From: Laetmonice hystrix
Taxonomy: Eukaryota
Direction: 5' to 3'
DNA length: 64,000 bases
NCBI GenBank assembly: GCA_965235115.1
Contig: OZ249436.1
Location: forward strand, 11,162,001-11,226,000
The notes beneath the pieces were generated by a model. That model worked only from the letters and a program-made list of their open reading frames with translations. It was not told where the DNA came from and ran no database searches. A program made the position numbers and the translations under genes. This document shows, piece after piece, positions 49,326-62,296 of the stretch; the stretch's first letter is position 1; each line of letters starts with the position of its first letter.

Positions 49326-50567
49326 ACGGGTATAGAGGTACCTGGGTCCTATTTGAAATAGGTGGATGACTTTATGACACAAAAGAGTGACGTCACAGAA
49401 ATAAGTTTGCATAAATCTAGCTCAGCATCCCATCCTCTTTAAGCCTACCAAGTTTCATTAAGATCTGTTAATAACTGCCAGAGATATGACCGATTTCTGG
49501 TAAACTGACCAAAGAATCAAACTTTGATGTCACGTGATTCAGTGAAAAAAGGTCCGATCGCTAAACAACGGCCCCACAATTTTAAGCTATCCACTAGGAA
49601 CACCCAGAAGTGGTTTGGTCAAGATTTTCAAAAAAATGAGAGAGTAGTAAGGATTTAACCATATTGTGACCTTTGACCCGTATCTCAGAAAGGGTAATGA
49701 TCCAAGGTCAAGTTATGGAACAAGTATCTTAGAGAACCATCCACGAAGAGGATCTATAACCAATATTTCCCCAAGTAACAGTAGTTTTGTGTTGGGAGTT
49801 GATAAATTGATGCTCCATGTGACGTGTTTGAGACGTCATAAAACCAAGACATGACGTCGCATGAAGTCCTGCTTCATATGCACAGATCTTCATCCCATGA
49901 TGAACCCTCCCTGCAAGTTTCAACCTGCTATCTTAAAAAGTGACCGAGATATACACTTTGTCTTACAACAGGAATAATAATAATAATAATAATAATAATA
50001 GTGTAGACGAAACCATACAAAATCAAAATCCCATTTCCCCGTCAGGGAAATGGGATAATTATTCACATTTTTTAAATTTTACGTACGGGTTGTGTTTATT
50101 TTTCTCCACACACTTGATATTTAATTCAAGTAAAGAACGGATGTTAAAATGTTTACCGTTAAGAAAAGGGATGCGTAGTGTATAAGAACGGCATGCCATG
50201 CAAGGAAGGAGTGGTACGCCAAGGTTCCGTATCTTTGTCAGCCCTTGGTGCACCATTTGGAATCGCCTACATAATTTAGGCCTACTATTACGTTTCTATA
50301 TTTTTTGTGAAGAACTCTGCTAGTGGATTAGTCAGCACAAACCATAGTATTTAAGCCAGTATATTTGTAAATTCTCATACTCGAAACGTTGTTTCGAAAT
50401 GGGGCGGAGAGGCCTACATTGGACTCAGGAATGCAGCTGAAATATCAAGTCCCCCTCCCAAATTATAGGAATATCTTGGAAACCGGACCAGTTGTCATTT
50501 TTTCTAGCTAGGCAGAGGAGGACGGAAGGAATAAACATACTGGAGACGGATCATGTTTGGCTTAACG

Positions 50568-51016
50568 TCAAACTTCGGCTGTATCGGTCGGGTATACTTT
50601 ATACACTCAAACTTCGGCTGTATCGGTCGGGTATACTTTATACACTCAAACTTCGGCTGTATCGGTCGGGTATACTTTTCACTCAAACTTCGGCTGTATC
50701 GGTCGGGTATACTTTTCACTCAAACTTCGGCTGTATCGGTCGGGTATACTTTTCACTCAAACTTCGGCTGTATCGGTCGGGTATACTTTTCACTCAAACT
50801 TCGGCTGTATCGGTCGGGTATACTTTTCACTCAAACTTCGGCTGTATCGGTCGGGTATACTTTTCACTCAAACTTCGGCTGTATCGGTCGGGTATACTTT
50901 TCACTCAAACTTCGGCTGTATCGGTCGGGTATACTTTTCACTCAAACTTCGGCTGTATCGGTCGGGTATACTTTTCACTCAAACTTCGGCTGTATCGGTC
51001 GGGTATACTTTTCACT
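50568..51016. repeat. 37-bp minisatellite x12
   Basis: Unit ctcaaacttcggctgtatcggtcgggtatacttttca. Confidence 0.96.
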
Positions 51017-51214
51017 GAATATGTAACTTCGGAACTGTTTGGTGCATGCATCAGAGATAGAATTCAAGAGATCTACCAGTTTCTTCCCTGCTCTTTCTTT
51101 CTCCATAGTATTCTGCATGAAACATTTATTGCAGTGCAGGCAACAGTCTTAGAGAGTGAATGATGAAGAGATGACAAATCAGGAGGGAAGATTCGGTCAA
51201 AATCCGTTGTGTTA

Positions 51215-51875
51215 CAACTGTTGGGTTGAAAATATGGGTTAACATATAAAAACAGCCAAACAGCCAAATGATATAAACTATGGACGTTGGGGTGGAGTAG
51301 CTGTAGCTGTAGCTGTTATCTTAACCCATAGTTGGATTATTATTTCTTGTAACATTATTCTACAGCCAAGTGATAATTATATGAGCAAAAAAAATGAGGG
51401 ATTTTTTTTCTTTTGGTTTGAAGGCCGTTTATTCGTGCGACAGTTTCGGCAGTAGTCCGTCGGACTACTAAAACTATGAAAACTTCGTGGCACATTGGTC
51501 AGATGCATGATTCGTAATCCTAGGTTTGCAAGTTCGAAAGCAGATGGAAATTTCGTAATAGAAAATGCTAATTTAAAGGTCCAAAAGGTCAAAGGTGGAA
51601 ATAATTAGGGTTGTAAATTGAGCACCCAAAAAAAGCCTTTATATTTTGGGGGGATCTTAAACCCTACACAGGGCTATCTAAATGGCAACCCAACGCCTGA
51701 TTTTGAGCCCATAATCTGAGGTTAAAACCGTAACCCACACCCAGTTAATCCATCATATTGGGTTATATTCAACCCAAATTTGGGTTATATTTTGGGTCAA
51801 CGTTTGTATGGTGAAATATTAACACTTCACTTGGTTACGAGTTGGGTTATTTTTAACCCAGCATTTTTTAGAGTG
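51215..51875. mobile_element. Partial CACTA/EnSpm-type non-autonomous element
   Basis: Terminus aacccagcattttttagagtg (CACTCTAAAAAATGCTGGGTT on minus) with many tgggtt/aaccca subterminal motifs; left boundary uncertain. Confidence 0.55.
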
Positions 51876-54800
51876 CACAGTGATAGGGCTTACTTATTTG
51901 ATCCGACATCGACAACCACTTTGTGCAGCTTCGTACTTGCCTCTATCAATGTTAAATGAATGTCCTCTTAAATGAGCTTCGCTATGTTGCAGAAATCCGT
52001 TGAAGCGATCTATTCCTGAAATAGACCACCTATCCTTGGAACACACAGAATTTGCCCACCCTTCTAGGATAGGTCCTACATACATGTACTATCGTATACC
52101 TACGGGACCATTTGATACTCAGGGCATGTTTTTTCGCTAAGCAAACTAATGTGTTTTCTTTATTTTTCATTTCCCAAACTGAAAAAGAAATTTTTCCCTT
52201 TTGTAGATCCGAATAGATTATGTGATCAGAACAGCCCTGCACCATCTGCTGGCAAATGATTACGATAAAATTACGATGAATTTTATTTTTGTTAATAAAT
52301 AAATGTGTAGGCGTCACACAAACGAGATTAATTTGAAAATAGAAATCGGAAGAGGTCAAAGAAAATAAATATTAGCGCAAGAGTTAAGCCTCATTCAAAG
52401 ACGAGATTACGTTGCAGAACCTTCAGTTAAGCCGTGGAAGGGGCGTGGAATGGGAACAGCTGGAATCGTAATATTTTAGGATGGATGTTAACTGGTTGTG
52501 AAGATACCCTTAAGGCGGCCTTATGTCGTCCTACGATTCATTGGGATCGGTCGTAACAAAGCCAGGAGTGGGGAGAAAACATTGGCTATAGTACACTCGT
52601 ATCCTCATCGACGCAGTCGGAAGCGATGCCATTTTGTAAATCACGTGACTTCTCAATGGCTGCCCATTGGCTGCAGATGAAAATGTTCCTTGAGGATGGG
52701 CGACTGGGCTAGTCACAACCTATGCCTACATTGTGGCGAGGAGCTACGATAGGTCATGGGTATCAATCACAAATAATCATATAACAAATCCAATATGATT
52801 GGCAAAAATTAACTCGGGATATAATAAATATATAGGCATACTAATTAAAGGCTTACATAGAACAACTTGCCAGCCAAACTGGTACCGAATTATCAATCTG
52901 TCCTAAACGCTAGTAAACATGGCAGTCATGCTGTATCCCACACTGACCAGCTGCAGGGCGGTATCCAGCAAATTTGGCGCGCATCATGCCGCTCGCGCGT
53001 CTGATGGAAATTACGGCAGTCTCTTCAACTACATGTATTTCCACTTTTGACGCGAGCGTGCGCAACAAAACAAATCGTATGCTCGCGTCCGGTGGATATC
53101 GGGCAAAATATGTAAGGGGGGGGGGGGTCTGGATCTACGCACATGGGCAGACTGGAGAGACATCAACGTTCAGTTTGAAATAACATCTTAACAATTTTTT
53201 GGTGTCACTTTTTTATTCAGTATTTACCTTCGATGTTAACCAGTACATAGTTTTTATTTTTAATGATTAGATTCAACTCATTTAGTATTTTGTATAGGGT
53301 AGCCACGTGGCCGAACTATTGCGGCCACTCTTCTGTGCATTGTCTTGAGAAGACGTTCATCTTCTCTCGCTTTGGGGTTTCTTGGCCGACCACTTCTGTA
53401 AAACTATTTCTTGTCTCCAGTTTCTTGGTACCTCGCGGTAGCAGCAGTGATACCGTCTGGCAATATTTGGGATCGAAACACCTTCCTGTCTGACACTTTT
53501 GTAGGCCTATAACAAACCTCGACATCTGATATGTAATGTTAAATTGACAGGACACGGTTGAATGTGCGACTCTAGTATTACTGAGAACTTCTAAAGAGGG
53601 TATGTTACAATACCCTATTGTTGTTATTGTTATATTGCCGGGATCTCTGCATTGAAGGATGGGTGTTAATTGATGGTCAGTACATCCCGACGCTAAACCC
53701 ACGCTCTGATTACACCAAGTGCTGCCTCCCCATATTAGTTTCTTCACATTTCTTTTGCTTCATAATTAATCTCACTCAGTGCAAGCAGCAGTGGTTTTTG
53801 GAACTAATTGGGAGCTTTCAACCGTTTGTTTGCCCAATTGTGTTAATTTGTTAAGCGTAGGAGAGATGTCAGATTAGGACACATTGGACACACACGCGAA
53901 GTCGCTTCCGAAAGGGGCTCCCACATAACATCAATCACCACTGAAAGAACACCATTTTACTGAGACAAACGTGAATATTTTAGTTATGATATAAAGGCCT
54001 ACGGAAGGAATCGCATGGTCTATATTTTTCGTTTTATGTTCATTCATTCATTCACTGTTTCGTTTCTGCGGCGTGTACATGAGTAAGCAGAGAACAGTGA
54101 AGGCTGTGAGTTTGTTACGATCAGTCTGCGGCCAGAATCGACGATGCTGTGGTAGAGATCGTCGATCAATCGTGATCTTTGTCGTCGTCGACATAATAAT
54201 ATAAGTCTCTGTGATGTATCACAAAGAATCCTATAGGTCTATAATGAAACCGATGGATCGGTAATCTCTGAAGGGATCGTCCATCTTGAGTGTCGACTAA
54301 TCGTAATTAAAGGTTTCCACCTAAAATCTACAATGTTGCCTTTGACAGCTGTGCTGGTCTGAATAGCCTGAGTAGGTCTATATCGGATATATCCTAAGGG
54401 GGGGGGCTATATTTAATAGAAATAAACGGAGGACCTTTTATGATGAAATTAACGACCGCACGGCCCCAAGACTCCCCATAGATCCGCTCCCTTGATAATC
54501 CGCAAAAATCAATTTTAAATAAATTTTAAAACCAGTATTTCCCATTATTGTAGAGCAGCATAATACAGTACATGAACGTAAACCGTATATTGTTTGACTT
54601 TTACCCAAACTAAGGGTCTCCCCATTGATCCGATCATATCCAAACAAATAAACAAACAAGCATACAACCCTCCCACCCAAGCAATATACGACCTTTTCTT
54701 CTTGGATCAATCATCAAAAAGGGCATTTCTTGACATGTCTAAAGGCATCTGACTGCAATCAGCATGTCGAAGTGCTGCCGCCCCATCACTAACATTATGG

Positions 54801-55344
54801 ACGGTCTGCCTTTCACCAACATGTTTCTTCCTCGGTGGGAGGACATTCGGCAGGAACAATGATAACGGTTCTGATTAACAAGGGATGCTCGTCATGGCGT
54901 GTTTAAGTACATCAGATGGAAACGCTGCTTGGCACACAGCCTTGATGTGCTGCGTAGATAAAGCTCCTCATCAAGTTATGTCCCTACATAAACTTTGATG
55001 GCTTTCCAGAAAAGCTGAGCACAAGACTTGGTCGATTGGTACGTGAAGATTCGTCCCATGTTCAGAGTTTTCAATAAAAGATTGGTCGAGACACCGTATC
55101 AAGAGGTCAGTATTTATTTTTGGGTATCATTTCACGATATTCATATTTCATACTGGGAACAATAAAAATAGTAGATCCAGTAACATTTGAATTTTTAATA
55201 AGGCTAATACCTCAAACGGAATACTGATCGCTCCCCCATTGATGTGGAGATAAGAATGACCAGTGTGGTGGGGGGTTATGCACGGTTTTACGGCGACCCC
55301 TTCCCTGAGCTGAAAAGTTCGGGGCTATGCCTCCCTCCCCACGT

Positions 55345-55570
55345 TAAAGGCCTCGACACACATGGGCGTCAAGCGGCAAGCGTCGAGCGTCAAGCGTCAT
55401 TTTGAAAACGACGCTCTGAATGCTCAGTATGGAAGCGTTGTTTTTTGACGCGCCGCCCATATGTGAACAGTGTAATAGAAAACCATAGTGAGCATTCAGA
55501 CCGTCATTTTCCAAATGACGCTTGACTCTCGACGCTTGCCGCTTGACACCCATGTGTGTCTAGGGCTTTA
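55345..55570. mobile_element. Palindromic MITE (PIF/Harbinger-like)
   Basis: ~85-bp imperfect TIRs aaggcctcgacacacatgggcgtcaagcggcaagcgtcga.../...tcgacgcttgccgcttgacacccatgtgtgtctagggct; TTA/TAA context. Confidence 0.85.
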
Positions 55571-57356
55571 GCCACCCATGTTATGTCACGATAGCGCGCG
55601 ACACGACAGGATGGCCGAGATTTGTTTATTCCGGTTGAACAAGAATTTGTCTGAAGACATCCAGACTAACTTTGGCTTGTGACCATCATAAACACGCTGT
55701 CTAAATGAACCATATATAAAACCAATATGACGTTGATGGGCGAACTCTACCCGACAGCCAGAGGATATACTGGGAGCTGATTGAGGGACATCACTATCAC
55801 ATCGCCCTCTCAACACATATTCCTGATAGGAAGTCCACAATATCATCATATAAAGGCAAAGCGACGGCATGCAACAACATTCTACAAATGTACTGCAGCA
55901 GATAATAGGATAGAAAAGTTTTACGCCAGTAACAAAAAAGTTTTTCCTCCTTTTCGTTTTAACCAAATGAGCTAGGTCACATGTGGTGGTGTTTCCCGAA
56001 AATTGTTAAGGTGGGCTAGGATTTTATAAGCTAATTAACTATGAAGGGAAACAGGGAAGCATGAGGCGGGGGGGGGATGACTCCTTTAAATAAATGTGAC
56101 ATCATCCTGGCTCCTTTTAATATGGTCTCTTACAAAAAGGTCAAGACTAAGAGCGTGATGTCTCTTCGTGAATGTCTCCATAGACGAGTTAGGGCGACAC
56201 TAATTTTTTTCTAAGGGAGCAAACAGTTGTCTTCATCTGTGATTCATCCGTTCACAGAACCCCTGTTTTCTGGCAAATACAAGTCGCAGTCATAGTCAAT
56301 CAAGCGACAGAATGATTTTAGTGACATTCACTGAGCTGGTGATAAGCAGACTATGTGAGATGCGACTTTGTGCATATCTGTATTGGCCCAGGCAGTCAAT
56401 TTCCTACCATACAATCGGGTACTTTTATCTTTTAGACCTGCTACAGCTTGCTAAGGTCGATCTCGGCTCGCATGGCTTTTCGACATATTTTGTACGACTT
56501 CTGTGTCGGCGTCGATCTAATTACACCGCTGACGGTTATAACGGTATTGTGCGTGAGATGTTCAATGTAAAACGCTGCCCAGGAAAGAACACGTAATATC
56601 AGAAGCAGTTACTGTAACTGTAACTATAACTTTCACTGCAGATGTAACTTTCTTCCATTGATAATATCCTGTAGTGATCAGAATGTTTTTCAAAGGAGTC
56701 TCTCAAGCTTAATCAGTAACGAGGTAATAGTGAATAGGTTATCCCCATTCTCCTGATTGGTTGACTTAACCAATAATTGGTAGATTCAACCAACTAACAA
56801 CGAAAATTAATTGATACATCTGGGTCAGCAGTTTCTGTCACATCCACGTGGAGGTCCTTTACCAACTAGAATACCGTGTTACGGATCCAGTTCTGGTTGA
56901 ACGGGTACGCTAGGTTATAGTAGAATGCGAGATTCTTGATTGAGGTATCCACCATTCTCTTGAAATGAATCTGAGTGTAGGGATTACTACAATATTAGAT
57001 GCTTGACTGGATCCCAATGAGACTCGGGCTAAAGATGCCCACTTGCCACCCAAGCCACGCCCACACCCACTGCTGGCATGGTAAAGGTTACAAGCATGGT
57101 TTACATCGTGACAAGAAGCCAAGGGGCGGGCCGGTTGCAGGGTCACACCAAACACCTGCATGCAGGTCTCTGCTTAACCTTCCGCCGCCATTTTTTCAGT
57201 GTTCTTTTCCCGGTTCAGCTGTTTCAATGTGACGCCAAAGAACTGCAATCACCGTGTCCAAAATTCCGTTGTTGATTGAGGTTAAGCCCATAGAGGCAGC
57301 TGGTTTGAGGCAAGCGGCTTGGCTGTCCAGTATTGTTTACACCGACTTCAATCCAG

Positions 57357-57590
57357 GGCCCGGTTTCTTTGTTTACTTTTCCACCGTGAGCAAGGGTGAG
57401 CTGAGCTGAGCAAGGGTGAGCATGAGCTCATGCTCACCGTTTTTGTGTTTTTTTCCCCGCGAGGCATGGTCATGGTGAGCAAGCTCATGGGAAAAAAACG
57501 GTGAGCAAAACGGTGAGCATGAGCTAATGCTCACCCTTGCTCAGCTTAGCTCACCCTTGCTCATGGTGGAAAAGTAAAAAAAAACGGGCC
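57357..57590. mobile_element. Palindromic MITE (PIF/Harbinger-like), CAG TSD
   Basis: cag|ggcccgg...tttacttttccacc...gagcaagggtgagc / gctcacccttgctc...ggtggaaaagtaaa...cgggcc|cag. Confidence 0.85.
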
Positions 57591-57818
57591 CAGTTGTAGG
57601 TACACATAGTGAATACGTTGTCGTCTACTCCTTGTCGGCACCAAGGCCTATAGATCTATAAGACATCTTTAGTGAAAGAACTTAATCTCTTATCTTTATC
57701 GCGAACTGTTGACACCTATTATATAATTTTGCTTTCGCTCTGGCCCCTCCAGAGATTCCCAATGTTCCAGCCTGTGAGTCGTACAAACACTGAAATAATT
57801 TTTATATTATTTGCGCAT

Positions 57819-58315
57819 GCCATCTGCCAGTGCTGTTCAGGGTGGTGCCATATGGTGGTCCGTATGGCACGGGAGTTCCAGTTCCATACGGACTGATTTG
57901 ATTGTACACGTTTCAGGGTGACGCGACGTTAACTATGGGACCCTATGGAAGCACAGGAACATGTATTATAATTTACAGATGTGACCCGTTCAGGGGTGTA
58001 GGCAGAACTGAGATGGGGGAGGGGTTCCCAACCATAATATTAGTTCTTCATTTATTCAGTTATTTCAGTCTATTAATTTTGGGTTGGGGGGGGGGGGTTC
58101 CGGGCAACCCGACCCCCCCCCCGGCTACACCCTTGCCGTTACAGACGTAATTAGCGGACTATAAAAGCTTAGTTTTTCTGTACTCAGGTGCTTCAAAATG
58201 CGCTCGCGGTGGTAAGAATGAATCAATTCATATGGAAATTATTGCAAAAGAACTAGACATAAATATATAAATAGATTTAATCATTCTTTTCCGTACGACC
58301 ATTTAAAATCATCAA
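57819..58315 (-). repeat. Dispersed repeat, right member of the inverted pair, MITE-interrupted
   Basis: Reverse-complement match to 47446-47802. Confidence 0.8.
57991..58135. mobile_element. MITE nested in the dispersed repeat
   Basis: caggggtgtag ... ctacacccttg termini; ccgtt on both flanks; absent from the 47.6-kb copy. Confidence 0.7.
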
Positions 58316-58694
58316 CAAAGTATTATAATGCTATAATATCCTGAGAATATCTACTGACCTTTGTAGTAACTGCCTCTGTAGTATTTTAATGGATCGTTCG
58401 ATAAAACGAGAACTAGACAGCAAAATAATGGGACCCTGACCAAAAAACAGCAACTTAGGCCTATAATACGTGAGCATATTAGCCCGGTAAATGTGCCGGA
58501 TCTCCTCTATATAGGCCTAGTGACCTCACATTTGGAACAATTATTGTGGAGCTATTTTACACAGAAATAATTTGACCTTAGTCGGCATTTTTAGGTCCGT
58601 TTTTGCCCGTTTGCCGACTATAATCAGTCCATAGTGTAATGCGGGTTTAAGCGTTGTCTTCGTCAATTTTCTTCCGATGTCCAGGCGATTTTTG

Positions 58695-58810
58695 ATCCTG
58701 TTTCCGGAAATGGCTTCCTTCCTTTCAATCTCAAAATCATTTTAGAATAAAAGGGTGATGTCAAAGTCGCAGGGACATGGAAAGGACAACCACCTTGGTG
58801 GATTCACAGT
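58695..58810 (-). mobile_element. Diverged half copy of the 16134-16344 MITE family
   Basis: aataaaagggtgatgtcaaa...ccttggtgg matches the reverse complement of ~16140-16250. Confidence 0.6.
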
Positions 58811-58885
58811 GTACCATGTCATAATGTTTTAATAATTAGATTTAGACAATTCAGAGTCGAGAATCTAATAATTACGGGCTTGGTC

Positions 58886-59700
58886 AATAACTTAATGTAA
58901 ACATTACAGTAACAATTAATTGTACACTGCACTAATGAAATTATAATACGCGAGAAACAAACATCTGGCTTTTTTTAGTTTAGATTCGTATGGGCCTGAT
59001 GATTTCAGACAGGTCCATTCGAGGAAAATGCACACGTCTGCAACCTAAGAGGACTCCGCATGATAATGTCGACTGCTTTTACAAAGGAGTTAATAATTAT
59101 GTTCTATGGCGTCCAAAGATGGTGTTTACATGAGCAATGTCAACAAATCCCACATAATTAGGCCTGGGTTTGACATAACACTCTACTCACTATCACAAAG
59201 ACTGTACTTCATATTATTGTTCATTTATGCCCACAGTTTCATTAGCCGACTCTCACAGGTATATGACACTTCGGGGCATAAACAAAGAAAGGGACAGGTG
59301 AGCGTCATCACGTGACCACTGTGCTGGTTATCCAGTAACCATCTGTTTTTAGGGTGGAATGTAAAAATTACAGTAACAGTATAGCAAACGGGGTAAACGT
59401 CAAATTACTGTAAAACGTCAAATTACCTTGAAATTTTCTGCATTGAAGATGCTGTATCATTTACAATTGCTCTGTTGTACAAAATGCTTATTGCAGAATT
59501 TACACTATAAGGAACGGTAATTGCAGTAAACGTCAAACTACTGTATAATTTACAGTAAAGGTGCTGCGTTATACAGTTATCTATTTCACAGCATCCCTAA
59601 TGTAAAAATTACAGTAAAAGTCTAGTAAACGAGGTAAACGTCAAATTACTGTAAAATTTACAGTATATTTCTTTAGAAAGTACAACCACTTTTTACAGTG
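58886..59700 (+). mobile_element. Second, 5'-truncated copy of the CACTG element with extra internal sequence
   Basis: Near-identical to 30657-31272; ends ttttacagtg. Confidence 0.88.
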
Positions 59701-60127
59701 CAGTTCTCTTATTGTGTAGACATCAAATTACAAGTCACATGCATTGTCCTGTTATTTTACGCGTGATGCATCGTGACAGGAAGTTTAGTGCCACCGGACA
59801 TGCCTTTGTCCCTAGGGACAGCACAGTTAACGGGTATATTCCTCACCTGTACCTTCTCACTCAAGTAAACAGGTAAACAAGATGAAATGAAAGATGTGCA
59901 GTATTACATTCTGCCAGCATCCATTTCATTCACTTCAAGTTGTGATGGTGACGAATATCCGGAGACACCAGCACGACGGCAGAACGCCCTACTGTTTTCG
60001 TTAAGGGGCAAGGGGGGGGGGTAATGCAATCTCACAGAAAATATTCTCTAAAATGTCGGTGCGCGGCACCTATTTGTATGCCTAGTTACTGATCGCATCC
60101 TCTGCATTATTTTGATTATAAATCCTC

Positions 60128-60391
60128 TGGCTTCAGTATCTCCACGAACGTACCATAGGTGGCTTCAGTATCTCCACGAACGTACCATAGGTGGCTTCAG
60201 TATCTTCACAAACGTACCATAGGTGGCTTCAGTATCTCCACGAACGTACCATAGGTGGCTTCAGTATCTTCACAAACGTACCATAGGTGGCTTCAGTATC
60301 TTCACGAACGTAGGTGGCTTCAGTATCTCCACGAACGTACCATAGGTGGCTTCAGTATATCCACAAATGTATCATAGGTGGCTTCAGTATC
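60128..60391. repeat. 32-bp minisatellite x~8
   Basis: Unit ggcttcagtatctccacgaacgtaccataggt. Confidence 0.95.
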
Positions 60392-61114
60392 GTCTCGAAC
60401 ATCAGGGCACGAAATTTAAATATATAACTATAACATGCAGTCATAACACCGAAAAACTCTTAAATTTAATAAACACGTTAAAAATGTTATTAGATCAACA
60501 GATTCCAAATCCTAGAACGAATTTTGGATTATGATTCGTAAACATTCAATTCGATTAGCTTTATGTCATGACTGCTTACGTTGAGGTTTCTTTGTCTGAA
60601 TATAATATTTCATGTAAACGACGTCATTACTGTTTATGCCGGCAAACAATTTTCGTATAGGCCTACATGTACTACTTAATCTTTGATATCGCAAAGACGG
60701 CATCCATAATCCTGAATTACATTGCATGCCACCATCACATATCAATAAGAAAATATCCAACAAACAGGCCATTGCGATATTAACCTGGCAGGAACCTATA
60801 GTACACTCTACTTCAGGAGCCACCCTGTCTATACCGAATAGTCCATGATGTACATAAGCTGAATAGGTGGAAGAGACTTTATAGTAACGGCCCTTTAAGA
60901 CACGTCCACGTATCTAACAGCCCGGGAAGGATTCAATGGCGGGCCGGCAACACACAAAACCAAGCAGCAGAAAATGGTTGTTACATCTGGCTGAGTTCGT
61001 TAAAAGAATTATGACTATGTTCAACTAATTAAGACTAGCGTCCTATTCCTACTGCTATTGTCCTCGAGTCCTACATACTGACACACTCTTATTTACATTG
61101 ATTGTATAGTTTCT

Positions 61115-61175
61115 CTCATACCCCGAAAGGGGTTTGTTATCGGAAATAAACCAAACTTCAAACTTCAAACTTCAA
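61115..61175 (+). mobile_element. Possible 3' tail of an L2/CR1-group LINE or related SINE
   Basis: Stem-loop acccc-gaaa-ggggt, then AATAAA, then (AAACTTC)3. Confidence 0.4.
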
Positions 61176-61349
61176 GCACCCTATTACATTAGGTGAATAT
61201 ATAGACTTACTAGTTTGGATCTATATCGAGATGACGAGAGTGGCCGTGGAGTTTCTTAGACCTGCGCCACATAACGTTAAATATCTCGAGTGTATCCATG
61301 TGTTTACTACATGTACTTGCTTTACTATTTCTTTTTACATCCATGGCAC

Positions 61350-62296
61350 CAGCAATCCGTCCGAGTCGAGCAAACCGTCCGAGTCGAGCAAACCTGACCC
61401 TGCAGCAATCCGTCCGAGTCGAGCAAACCCGACTCTGCAGCAATCCGTCCGAGTCGAGCAAACCCGACTCTGCAGCAATCCGTCCGAGTCGAGCAAACCC
61501 GACTCTGCAGCAATCCGTCCGAGTCGAGCAAACCCGACTCTGCAGCAATCCGTCCGAGTCGAGCAAACCCGACTCTGCAGCAAACCGTCCGAGTCGAGCA
61601 AACCCGACTCTGCAGCAATCCGTCCGAGTCGAGCAAACCCGACTCTGCAGCATTTCGTCCGAGTCGAGCAAACCCGACTCTGCAGCAAACCGTCCGAGTC
61701 GAGCAAACCCGACTCTGCAGCAATCCGTCCGAGTCTAGCAAACCCGACTCTGCAGCAAACCGTCCGAGTCGAGCAAACCAGACTCTGCAGCAATCCGTCC
61801 GAGTCGGGCAATCCGTCCGAGTCGAGCAAACCCGACTCTGCAGCAATCCGTCCGAGTCGAGCAAACCCGACTCTGCAGCAATCCGTCCGAGTCGAGCAAA
61901 CCCGACTCTGCAGCAATCCGTCCGAGTCGAGCAAACCCGACTCTGCAGCAATCCGTCCGAGTCGAGCAAACCAGACTCTGCAGCAATCCGTCCGAGTCGG
62001 GCAAACCTGACTCTGCAGCAATCCGTCCGAGTCGAGCAAACCAGACTCTGCAGCAATCCGTCCGAGTCGGGCAATCCGTCCGAGTCAAGCAAACCCGACC
62101 CTGCAGCAATCCGTCCGAGTCGAGCAAACCGTCCGAGTCGAGCAAACCCGACTCTGCAGCAATCCGTCCGAGTCGAGCAAACCCGACTCTGCAGCAAACC
62201 GTCCGAGTCGAGCAAACCCGACTCTGCAGCAAACCGTCCGAGTCGAGCAAACCTGATTCTGCAGCAATCCGTCCGAGTCGAGCAAACCCGACTCTG
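61350..62296. repeat. 35-bp minisatellite, ~27 copies, with an internal inverted repeat
   Basis: Unit cagcaatccgtccgagtcgagcaaacccgactctg (gagtcg/cgactc). Confidence 0.96.

Larger units (their letters stand above)
48555..50058 (-). mobile_element. Non-autonomous Helentron/HINE-like rolling-circle element with an internal ~373-bp tandem dimer
   Basis: Minus-strand 5' end: hairpin atcccatttccc-tgacg-gggaaatgggat, then (TTA)n microsatellite. Minus-strand 3' end: second copy of the aatcccatttcccc subterminal repeat (48586-48599), short stem-loop ATTGC-AA-GCAAT (48569-48580) and CTAG followed by TT. Internal tgacctttgacc/aggtcaag motifs. Confidence 0.7.

Noticed and set aside
50492..51163. 223-aa ORF
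   Set aside because: Translation of the 37-bp minisatellite.
54720..55090. Decayed coding sequence or TE ORF
   Set aside because: Composition looks coding-like, but the minus-strand frames I read are interrupted and I recognise no domain.
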